64,000 nt of DNA from Ophelia neglecta (taxonomy: Eukaryota): NCBI GenBank assembly GCA_965285935.1, contig OZ260665.1:34906001-34970000 (forward strand). The letters run 5' to 3'. Positions 13,161 to 25,780 of the stretch are shown piece by piece; positions within the stretch are counted from its first letter, which is position 1, and every line of letters begins with the position of its first letter. A program made the position numbers and the translations under genes. The notes under the pieces were generated by a model. It was given only the letters and a program-made list of their open reading frames with translations, had not been told where the DNA came from and searched no databases.

Positions 13161-16100
13161 GTTGTAGAGGTAGATCGATCAGCCGCTCAGAAGATAGTCC
13201 GTGCAATCTGGGACGATGTGGCACGCCTGACTAAATGTGTTCATTTACATGACTACCGTTCGGTCTTCCTGCCTGGCAGACGACCAGACTCGCTTGGCTT
13301 TGTCTTCCTCACGTCTCCTAGTAGCTTCTTGTCTCCACAGACCGGGACTGTCTTCTGCTCAAACAGAACCACGGCTTTCTAATAGCCCGATCGTTCAGAG
13401 CTCAAGGCTCGCCCAAGGCACTCGGACATGAGAATATGGTGCCCCCAGTTATCATCATATACAGGTCATTCAAGTAATCTGCCATCGATCGACAATATAT
13501 CAAACAGTCGATCAAATCTACAAGTACACCTTAAATAAAGCAAGCAGGCCTGGCGTCTCTTGTAGGATTTTAATATAGAAGATACAACTAAAGCCATTTC
13601 CGTATCGCAACTTTGAATTGTTTGGCAGGACCATATAGAGTATCATAAAAATGTAGTGTTATTATGACGTGGTTTCTATTAGCCCTCACTGCTTCCGGGG
13701 ATTTCAGTATTAAGTGAAGACCCAGCCTTTAAAGACAACGTCATTTTCCAAGTTGTGTCGTCTGCTAAGGCTGCTCAAACAGAAATAAAAGTCTCACGGT
13801 GACTTTGTAATAGGCCTGCCTGCAGCCATTTCTTTACCGCTACATGCCATAAAGAATTACCATTTCACAGAAATATAAAAATATCCAGCAGCGGATAGCC
13901 TAGTAATACCTCATAAAGCAGCTGTGTTCAGGAGGGGTATGCCCCTGTTGTTCGATCCTTATCTATTGCTGATTACACACTGTGTCAAGGAGGAGGGTTA
14001 CCGTATGTATCGTAAATATTATGTCAAATCTCACCGTGATTGTTAAACTTATTTACATGGGACTTGGTAAAACGATCTGCGAAGAACTAGACAAAAATTC
14101 GATCAACGCACTGAATGTAATCATCGTGGTTTATCTACCGCTTAATATATCACCTGACTGAAATTCCTGAACTTTATGTAAAACATGTTTTAGCTAGTTA
14201 GCATGTTAGCGGTTCGCAACGAGCTGTTGAAATTGGACCATAGTAATTATCAACATGCACGCATTTCAGGCGAGGCAGTTTACCAACTCAAATTCAGCTG
14301 AAAACGTTTTGATGTGGATAGGCCATGGAAAAAATGACCACGACAGTTTGTGTCGTAGACCAACCCACCGTTAATAGTATCTCCTTTCAATCATTAGTCC
14401 ATAATGTTTGGAGATATTAGTGTTAAACTCAGTAACTTAAGCGGCCGGCGCCGGCGGTTCGGCATTCACAGGTGCCTCTCATATATATGTCTCTCTGGAC
14501 CTAAAGCTTTTAAATGCCACCCATCTGTTAATTATGAACATCCATTCATGTGCCTGTACAGATTTGCTGGCAGTATTTTTTCCCTCAAATAACTCATTAT
14601 TGCCATTGCGATTAAGTTGTCAATGAACCGTAAGGCTGGACCTTAACTCAAGCATTGGTGAAGTATCTTTTTTTACGAATGTGATTAGATATAATGGGTG
14701 GCTCACGAGTATTTGCTGAGAAACATTTAAGTGATTTAGACTATGAAGTGTATGACTTTTGTGGCAACGCCAAAAAGGTTAATGTTAATAACTAACCTTG
14801 TGTATTTCTACTTTAGAAGTCGTACTGGGAATATAAAGACAGCTGGTAGGCTTTGATTCCAATTTTGTATTTAAAATTGACCTTGAGATTAATTTACAAG
14901 GTCAAATCAGCCAATGGCATTGTGCATTTGGTGAGGCATGGAAATAGGAAGATGATCCACTTTATGAAGGACAAATCAAGTAATTGGCGAATTTTGGTAT
15001 TAATTGTTTCTTGTTTTTGTTTGGGCCAAGCACAGGTCTTTGAATGACAGATGTGTAAGCAGGACACTGAATACTGTTACATCGAGTTCACACAGAGAGT
15101 ACTGCTCACAGAAATCCAACATGATACACTTGTTGTTCAGTCATGTCCATCTGTCATATCTTAACCATTTATAATATGCTTGATCACAGTGGGTTCGTCC
15201 AACAACCTTGACCTCCAGAAGTTTATGAGCCAGTCGAGGTTGAAGGAGGAACCTACTCGAGTAACTTTGGCTTTTGGCGGGCTATACTTTTCTGAAAGTC
15301 GTTTACTTTGTTTCAGATAAGTGGTGAAATTGGCTGCAATAGAGAGTCAAGACCTAGAAGATGCGCTAGGTCCAACCATGTACTGCTTCTTAAAAGGTCA
15401 ACGATCTCAGGACCCCTTTCGGTAAGCCACCATGGTCTCCTGAGCAGACGACACAACATTGAATTGAGTGCATGGTCTGCCGACCTGTACATGGTGGCAT
15501 AATGGCTATCCCACAGACCAATCGATAGAGCAGAATATATTTATCAAACAGACAAATCGATAAAAAAAAATCTGTAACTGGAAACATGATATAGGCCTAC
15601 CGAATATATATATATATAAATGATGCTTGAATAAAAAAAGAGAATCACGGATCGAAACAAGGTCACCAGATGTCCCTGGTCAGTATCTTTACCAATATTA
15701 TTTATAGCATCTGTGGCGTGAATGTATTTCAACAAAAATCGATAACTATTTAAGAAAAAAGGCCTGTGGTAATATTCTACAGGCACCCTGCTGTTTTTTT
15801 CTTAAGGTGATTATTTCTAACATCGCCTCGATGGAGAGATGTTTTTTCTAAGTTCCACGAAGGTTATTTTTCAATCATGAGAAATAGATGGTTCATATAC
15901 GTGCCGGTTTGGTGATGAATTGATAATTGGCGAACCCTGTTGGCAGGTCGGAGGTGCAAGTGCTATGGGCGGAGCTATTCCTCGCTTTTTGTCTACTTTT
16001 CTACGGCGATGGCTCACCTTCAAGGTAGTGAGCATGTATGTTTACCTTGAACAAAGCTCTACATTTCACCAGCTGGGTCGTAGCATCTCTATGCTAGACG

Positions 16101-19100
16101 TATCGCGGTTCTTCCCCGAGAAATAGGTCTAAGTGGCCTTATTAATGGAACGCTTTTATACAATATAAAAAAAGCTAGGCAAAGATAACTAAATGATAAA
16201 TGGTACCATCCGTTTTGATCCGAATAGTCTAATTAGTGGTAGGCTGGTTAGTAAACATCGTTAATATGCAATGAAGTTAATCGAGAAAATATTTCGATGA
16301 ATATAGTACATAACTTTCAATATTGTCCAAAGTGAACAGAATTAAGTTCTCCCACAGAAAAATTAATCCATCAACAGACGATGGCCGACCGGATGTCCGA
16401 TCCCTGCACGTGTAAACTACATCTGTCTGGTGCCCACCCCGGCGTTCATGGTGAGTGTTTATATGGTACGACCAAGCTACCCATACACGTACCCCGCGCA
16501 GCTTCTAGAGTCTGAGCGGAGTCCAGTCACACCCAATCTCATCAACTGGCCAGCAATCAATTTCGTCGCGTCCACGGGCAAATTAATTCGAGCACCCGAA
16601 ACCTATAACTCCCCACTGTTTTAATCTTCCACCAGGGACCGTGGTATCTGGGACGATAGCATTCATTTGGCACAAACCTGATGGAATACACTGATTGGGT
16701 CATGACAATAGGGTCTTTGATCCGGGTGCCTGTGACCTTATGCCATTCTGCGCATGCCTACACGACAGTAACAGTGGACCTCAATATTTTTGGCATGCGT
16801 CCAGTGTCCGCCCAAGGATGATTTAATAAGGTCTATTAGTATTCTAGGTGTCCAAATATTCATCGTTGACAACTCGGTTGATTAATGGCCAGTCCCTCTC
16901 CTTAGCATATTGCGCTCATCGCCAGCTAAAGGGTACCGTTTGAATACATTCAATGATAAATTTGAATATTTTAAGAGAAGCATGACGACGCCGATGTATC
17001 GAATACTGAGTGTATGCAAACCAATCCTGGTACCCTCGACAATACAACCAAATCCCAGAATTCAAATGCATTTGCCTGTGTCAATTATACTGTTGCAACT
17101 GTTGACTCTATACTACAATTTCCAAACGAGTTAATCCCGAATTTACAATTCATTTTGCCCTGTAGGCCGCTCTTTATCGGTTTTCAATAAAAGCTAGCCG
17201 ACCGAAGGAAACCGCCTAATAATAGCTAGCCACAGCAACTTGTTTCCGTGGTGAATTATATCAAGACATGGCCTTTGTTAGAGTAGTCCCTGTCCGAAGC
17301 TTGCATCGGACTTTCGACGCTTATTTACTTCTAATTTGGTGTTTATTGCTCGAGTTGCAGATGACTGTACTTAAACGTTCCGAGAACGAGGATTGAGAGT
17401 CACTGAGGGATAATGATACCATAAAAAACCCTCTTAGTGTGCCAGCGAACAAATGATTTCTATTTTATTGGCGGCATTATCATCGGGTGCTGCGGCTCTT
17501 TCTCTCTTGCGTTTCAGTCTAAGCTTCCATGATGTTTTGGAAGCTTTTAGGCACGTTGCAGCCTTGACAAATGTTTTATTTGTCGTTCTCCGACTATTGT
17601 TATAGTCTCACAAAGTCTAAAGAAACAACAATTGTCAGTGTATTAGCAATGCTATACCGTCTGACATGGCTGCCGAATGCCGAACACTCAAGGCCGATGG
17701 CAGAAAACGCTGCTCGGTGGACTAGTAGATAATCGTGGTGCCATCTAGTGTTGACAAAAGGCCATGCAAGAATGGTGAAAACACTACATCTTCGGCCGTC
17801 ACTGCGACTCATATGGCGGTTTGAGGGATGCTACTATTGTACTATTAATAACCCGGGACACCGTTCACTGATGGGTATACCTCTCATCTGTCAGGCTTAT
17901 TAAATGCAGGAAAGCTCACAGGGTAGTTTTCCCGTCCGCCAACGCTGGTTGGGGATTTAGCCTACACCAATTACAAATCGATTTGTTAAATGCGCCGAAA
18001 TACCATTTCAGGCCATGAGGCACGTTTTTAAAATATAAGGAAACACACTACTGACAAACAAAAGAGATGGTAACGAGGATATTTTTGAGAGCCTAGTAGT
18101 AATTGATGTTTTGCCCATCACCGGATGATATTTAGTCAAATGCCAGGAACGACAATATGCAGGAATGTAAAAAAGATAAACATATACAAAGTGACCAGAA
18201 AGAGCCGAACTCTTGCGGTGTGACGTACAGGTTTAAGAAGCACATTTCCCATTGCACCGTAAGACTTTCAGCATAGGCAGCTCTCCGCTGACGGGAAATA
18301 AACCGGAGGATGGAGGGAGGGGATAGAGCAAGGACGCTCATTAATGCATTGAATACGTCGGAATTCGGTGGTTATTTCAATAGCAGATGCGTCTTGACAC
18401 TTGATCCTTAAAACAACGAGGGACGCTGAATTGGCTTGTAAAGAAAAAGTGGCTTTTTCAAAAGTAGTTTACTGCAGACGCATTGCATTCTGCGTTTGTT
18501 CTACGTCTCACGGCATTGTTGTAGTATGGAACCATTATCAAGGACTAATCTCCAATATACTCAGTTAGCTTTATCGTTTTGAATAATGTATGTGCTACAT
18601 AGGCAACTTTAAAAAAACAAATAGGCGAGGTCCGATAGGTAGAAATAGACATAAATTAAGTGAACACTATGTATATGAAGAGCTTATGTACATTTACTAA
18701 TAGCTGATTTATATGGAGAGAAGAAATGTGTGGTTAGAAGCTCTGTTTGCTTAGAGGGCGGAAGAGAATAAACATGACATGATATTAGTAGGCTCTATTA
18801 CCATCACTAATATCTGTTTTTTGTAAACCTCAGACTGTTTTCAAGGCCTCGGGAATGCACTCGGCCTACAACATCGAATACCGAACCCACGGCTTGTGTT
18901 TTGGAAGAACGCCACGAGCCAAAACGTGGCTTCCGCTGACTTCCTGCAGACGACATACAGACCAAGAACCTGAAAATCAACTACATACTTATCGATCTAG
19001 TTATATCATATGACTAGTCGGAACAGAATGGAAGGAACATCGAACATTGGATTTTACCTATTAATATAAGTCTTAGTAAGTTGCGTGTTCAATTTGCACG

Positions 19101-21742
19101 TGCAAAGTGTATGCCTATAGGGGCATACATGGTACAGAAGCCAATTTCCAAACAAATCTAAGCTTCCTTTTTTGCATGTTTTCACCGAGAAACCTACCTC
19201 GTGGGGGTGCTTAAAGGGCTATTTGTTCTGTAATTTTCTAGTATATCGTTTCCATTATCTGCCAAATGGAATATATTTTCCTTCTGCAGATAAAATGCAC
19301 AACGTGTTTGCATTTTTACACTGCAGATGAACAATTGTACAGGCATGTTGCCTTGGTGTAAAAATGGTCGCAGCTAAATAAACATGAAATATCAACAAAC
19401 TTTACAAACCTAATAATGATAACATTCTTCTTTTAACGCCGTGCAAAAAGAAGACAGGGTAGTAAATCTACCACCCGTGGGCCAAATAGTGAACAAATCT
19501 ATGGTAGCGCATTGATTTTGACGACATAGAATATGACGTCACACCCTTTCCACTGCACTGAATGGCTACGGAAATTGTAGTTTTGTTGTTCTAGGAAAAG
19601 ACAATTCCGGACAATTTTTGGCCCATGTGTACAACATGTTACAACCAAATGGACTGAACTGATCTGATTAAGTAAGAGTTAATACTATAACTAATTCTAT
19701 TATCTGGACACATATGAAAAGATTAAAAGAGTCTCATGACAATATATAAATCATGTGCCATCATAACGAAATGATAACTACATAAAGTTAGTTGGCCGTA
19801 AATTAATGCATCTATATGATTCATTATTCCACGAAAGATTATTGTAATTAAGAGTTATCTGCATACACATATTACCATTTCCAGCCTGATCAGGACTTTA
19901 GAGATGAAATGATGAGTTCTTCACGGCAATTTGCCGCCAAACAATCTCAGTTGGTCTAGGAATATCTGTGGTTGCGGATGTTGAAAGCGGTGAATTGATT
20001 TATTTCTCACTGCCATTAGAATCAAACCGTGTTCCTCGAGTCATGGGGCCACTTCCTCTCGTTAATTAAAAAGTGTGTATTCGCTATTCTGCTTGTTTGA
20101 CAGATTTGAATTGGGTTGAGATAAAGACACATGTAGGGAAGAGCAACGGTGTTCTTTTGCAGGGCGGACAAACTGTCGGCTAGGTTCAGGCATTTTGAAA
20201 CGTGTGAGTGTGTGTGTGGAGGGGGGAGGGGAGGGGAAACAAGTCACGCACATCTTAAACTCAGCATGGGGAGGCGTATAATTGAACCTCAACAAAAACA
20301 GAGGCACTAGTTTCCTTGACATCATGCCCCCACCCTAACTCTCTGCCCCTGTAACCTAAAAAATAAACCGGGCAATGATACCCTTGACACCCTGCCCCCC
20401 AACCCACCTCACTGGTCATGTAACTTGGAAAGTCGTCTGCCCACATTTCAGTCCGGAGAGACTTTCCTGTTACGATTGCAAACCCGAGCTTGCAATTACC
20501 TTATGTCAGCTCTCTTCAATGTGGAATAATCAATGATTTTTTTTCGCTATTTAGCGGTAAAAGACACCATAAAATTGAATGGGGAAGTAGGCCTAACTCG
20601 ATGCTAGAAAGCATTTGTGGCGAGCGGTTTGATACTGGGTGATCCCGCACCCCTGAGGTGGTTATTCAGTACTATCTGTGGCCATGGCTGTTCGCATTTT
20701 CCGCTGTCCTTGGGACCAAAACAATCTCACGGCTCCCTGAAGGCGGAAGACGGGTTATCTCTGGTCCCCTCCGCCCTAAACCGCTCAACGCTCTACTGGG
20801 CTACCCTGCTTGAGGCCGACGACTTTCAAGAGCAGATTTAAGGCTACTGTTCATATATTAATCATATTAAGTTATGTTGTCTGACGCCTTCTGGTACCAC
20901 TTGTTGGCAGTGATGACATTGACTTATAGGCCTATATGTATAAAGGAAAAACACGTTGATTTTGATCTGGCGTACTGACACAAAATATAGTCCCGAGGAT
21001 ATTTGGTTTGTGATATAAAAGCAAAACATCCCAGCTAGGTCTTCCTGGTGTATCACCTGTGTCCTTTTCATTTCTGTGGGTCTATTTTCGACACAGAATG
21101 CCCTTGTAACTTCAGATTGATCATCTTGGTAGCAATACAATGTCGACTAGATGATTTTAAAAGCTGGGCGGCAGTGAGGATAGGAGAGATTGGAGGGAAA
21201 AACATGCAAAGTCTGTTTGCCCAAAGCTCATTCATCATTTGATTTGGTAAAGTAAGGAGACACATTCCAGTGACACTTGCATTACTTGGCATCCTAATTG
21301 GTAAAAAAAACATTATTGACTCAACTCGGTGGGAAGGTGAAATCAATTTGTGAACACAATTAACTAGCATCAATAATTAATGTTTCCCCTCGCATAGCCT
21401 CACTCTCAGGTCAAAGCATGAGAAAATAAGCCGAGAATTAAAATAAGATATATTTTAACAACTCCATCAATCACTGAAGCTTTAAAATATTAAACCAGGC
21501 TTCTCAAATATATAAGAAATAAACAAGGAGCGCAGGATTTACAGTCCCGTCCTACTGATATGACATGCATGCATGTTATCACGATAGCATGAGAACAATG
21601 GCGTGCATATTTCAATCCACTTTGTCGGAGCAAATGTTACAACATGGATGTACAACTGTCATGATGACCATGAATGACAATAAACGAGCTCGCCAATCCA
21701 TAAAACACACCGTTTTGATCTATAAGACTGTTAACATCTCAC

Positions 21743-21873
21743 CAAATTCGCTGCCAAGTGTTTTTGGTCGCTGGTCGAAGCAGACGTTTCTTGCACATCC
21801 ATGACCTCCTTTTTTTGCTCTCCTCCAGCTCTCTTTCCTCCTCTCCCACAGAGGAATCAACACGAACATACAT
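21743..21873 (-). CDS. Candidate phase-2 first exon (MYVRVDSSVGEEERELEESKKRRSWMCKKRLLRPATKNTWQRI+TG|)
   Basis: First ATG after an in-frame stop. 131 nt (43 codons + 2). Donor TG|GTGAGA. Peptide has an acidic stretch followed by KRRS. Confidence 0.25.
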
Positions 21874-24800
21874 AGCCGCAATAATCCTATAAAGTGCAGG
21901 ACCCCAGCTCTTAAATCGGCAAAAAGTGCAAGCGTTTGTTATCGTGTATTCATATAGGCCTAGCCTTTAGGTCAAATCCTACGACATAGGCGAGAACAAG
22001 ATGTCATCCGTTGTGGATTTGGCTTCTATCGGCGTCCACGTATTCAGACCAAGTCGTAGATTTTAACCATCAACCTGTTGTTCCGAGTGCGGTTTTAGAA
22101 CTAGAAGCCGTGTACCTGTTGAAAGTTCTTGTGGAATGCATTATTAAATTTTGCAAATTGGTTTACTGAAAAAGCCGATTAAAGGCCAAAACATTTAGTA
22201 TGTCCATGCTTTTTGCCGATGTTTTACATCGCCTGGAAAGTTCGAAAGTAGGACTTAAGATCATTTCATGGCAAAATGGTAGGCTACTCTAGTGGGAACA
22301 TATGGAAGCGAACAACCTTAAAACAGGTTTACTGGATTTATTCAACAAACCATGTCATTAACCGCAATGGAGGCCGGATAAAGATCTCGTGTCGCTGGCT
22401 GCGCCACCGACGATCCATTAAGAGGAAGGAAATGCAAAAAGAAAGTTTACATGTTGTACTCATGGGAATGAAATTTCAAGCACTAAGGAAAAGTTTGTGT
22501 TATTACCGGCATTTACCCCTTCACCTGTTCATTGATAATGTTAAAAATGTGAGTGAATAACATATAGAGGTCTTAAACACCCACGCTAGGGGTTTACCTT
22601 ATCATTATAACTAGCAACGTAAATTAAAATCATATTTCATAACTCAACAATTTTCCAGTTTTGACTTATGACGCAAAAATAAACTTCTGCAAGAAAGATT
22701 TATTTTTAAGAACTTCTGTCTTTTTAACGTCTTTTTTAATTAAGCTGCTATGCTGTTATTCAGTTTTCCCTTGTCACTCTTTTTACTGATGTTCCTACTA
22801 AAATGGCTGTTTTATAATGTTGTTATCCGCTTTATAATTCTCATTGCTGATGTGTATCACGTATCTAGAGCGCCACCCTCACCCTAACCCCACCCCCTCA
22901 ACCTAAAATAGAAGCATCTCCTAACTAGTTTATGTCATCCCTATCTCAAAACAACGACACTCTGTGGAAGAAGCTAAAGTTGCATGTCCAGTATTGATAT
23001 ATAAATCCTTATATTTGAGCCAATTGAATTGAGTATTTGAGTAAAAGACATCACAATGACTACTGATTAAGCTCAGTTGAGTCAACGTTATTGGCCTTGT
23101 AGTCGGTGCGAAGAACATTACTCAAATCGTACTCATCATCATTGATGCTCACGCCATGAAAAGAGTGGAGCAAATGTCAGACGACGACTCAAAGGGTACG
23201 CGAGTTTTTTTATTCCAAGCACGAGCTTATTGGATACCCCAAAAGATTAGTAGTTCCATCGAATGAAATAATTGAGCAGACAATAGCGCCCGACAACAGC
23301 AACTTTCTTAATACCACTATTGTTGTGAACGAAGTACAGTCACCCTAGTTGCCTAAAACTCAATGATCAATTTCAATGTATTTTGTATATGAAAAAACAA
23401 GAGAGGCCAAAGAAATCTACTTGGGAGGAATCCAATTCCCTTGTTCCTTCTGTTATTGAACATGTTATCAGGATATCTTCTGACAGCACCAAATGCCTAA
23501 GAATTCGACTTGGATTAGAAATTGAATATGACCAAAACACTAAACCGTCATATACTTTGTAATGTTTATTAATGATATTTGATTTCTAGTAGTTTTTTAA
23601 TAGTTGTTGTTTTAATCTTTTCTATATAATCCACTGGAAATATTTCAGTATCCATGGTAGAATTATGTTCATGATTAGCGGCTTTTATTTCGAATGAATT
23701 GGCCCTTTACCTATAACTACATAGTCTGCCACTGACCCCTTGCGATGTTCGACAGAGCAGAATGCTTTGATATAGAATTTGACCAGTTTGTCAGGCATTG
23801 AGCTAGAAATGAACGCTAAAACTGGTCCTGATTAGGCCATTCACGTCCGACAGATAGCCAACGGCTGTTATAATCATCTCCAGCTCCCTGGTCTCCCGGC
23901 AAACTGGGACAAACAACAAGTGGAGGGAGGGGCGGGGGGGGGGGGTTAACACCTACCAATGGCGGCTCGAAGACATTGAACAAAATATGACACGGAAATA
24001 TAAGCCTAAAACTACGGACAATAAATAAGGCGACATTCAGTCGTATATGGAAGTAGCTTTGGAATTGGAATCGCTTGAAGCAATGTCAGTGAATTGGGCC
24101 AATTACACATCTATTGTGCCGTTCCGCTTTCATATTTATCTAAATATCCCTGAACACTATTGGAATGATATAAAGGGGTTCAAAACGGTCGACTAAGTAA
24201 CGCCAAATCACGTATTACACGTGATTTACATCTCGCAGCCACGCCATCTAATAACCACTAAAGCCGAGAGCACCAAAATTGAATAAGAATTTTTGAGTGA
24301 ATCGCGAGTTATTATGATGTCGTCCATCTTATCGGGATTGGGTGAGGCAGAATGACATGAGTTGACAAAAGAAGGAAGACATCACTCAGTCGTTCCAGAA
24401 TGTTTGGCTGATCTATTGCAATTGAATACTACTGCCCCGTCTAACTAATTCTCGTCAGCACAGGAGAAAAAACTGGTTTTAATGTTATCTCGCTCATCCT
24501 GTCTGGATCACTACACGAATGGCAGCAGATACTAAAATAACTTGATGAATATGAAAGTCGGCTGCTCTAGGTAAAAACAATGTTCATATTCTCAATACCC
24601 GCGATTGGAAAACTGGGAAATTCAACTGGGTCCATTCGTCAGAGAGCTAAATACTTCATGGACGAAAATACCAGAAATAGCCTCGTCCCTTTATCACCTC
24701 TATGCAGAAGTACGTGGATTAGATCGCATTTAATGTTTATCATCAGAAGGACCACTCTTGGAGCAACTCCTGCGTACATTAATATAATAGAAATGAAGCA

Positions 24801-25726
24801 CATTAAATTCAAAGCCATTAAGCGAATTGCCTAATTCCCTTGTCCAATTGACTGCCTTTCTTCTACGGAATCATAGAGCCAGCAAGCCGTCAAATAGTGT
24901 GGCAGGCTTTCAACAAATCGTTTGTGGAATTTGACTGTTAAATGTTAAAAATCACGAGGATCCAATATAAAAAGAGTATGACGATTAACCAATGAATGGA
25001 GTGTTCTTTTCTCCTGGCATAAATCGCTTAGCAGTGGTATCTGGTGTGTGCCAGTTGTCGGCACTGAAGTCAGGGTGTAAACCATTGCATGAAGTACGAG
25101 CTAACGACTCAAATGCAGGTATCCAGTCGTCTGTCAGCCATGGAGAAAGGGACATCCGCCTCACAATCAGTTAGATCCCCACAATCATTTTTTATGATCC
25201 CAAATGTGTGGCACCAAAGATAAACCGCGTCCTGGTTTCTAACAAAATTAACAGTATTTTTCAGTTTTTAGCAAGCAAGAGACTCAGAGTGGTGCTTACG
25301 CGTGTCGTGGCCGTGTGCACACTGTTTTGATAATCATGCTAACAACCTCTATAGAAGCTTTTAGGTTTCTCAGACACAATTTTCATGCAACAAAATTAAT
25401 CAGTATTATTATTAATATGCTCTTTGAATATATGAATACTAATTATGAGCAGAACTTGAAAGCATGTTAAGGGGGTACCCTTGATGGTTAGTATCACTGG
25501 TCTTATACATGTGACCTACTAGAAGACCAACTCGGCTGAGGACCCCGGCGTAACATTTAGTTGCCTCCTATTTAAACCTGGGCTATATACACAAACTATT
25601 ACCGTAGTAACGAAAGCACCACGCAAGAGGCGGATTATCATACGTAAGCCATTGTGGTCCATAAAACGTCGTTAGCTGCCTTATATAAATTATATAACCT
25701 GTCTGCAAACTGCCGTTGCCTGGATG

Positions 25727-25780
25727 GGAGCCTTTCTTGTAGTGTCTGGGGTTTGGAGCCTTTCCTGTAGTGTCTGGGGT
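25727..25780 (+). repeat. Tandem duplication, 28-bp period, 2 copies
   Basis: ggagcctttcttgtagtgtctggggt (25727-25752) and ggagcctttcctgtagtgtctggggt (25755-25780), 25/26 identical. Confidence 0.9.

Noticed and set aside
22872-22906. ccctaa-like telomeric seed
   Set aside because: Only one exact CCCTAA unit; low-complexity C-rich sequence.
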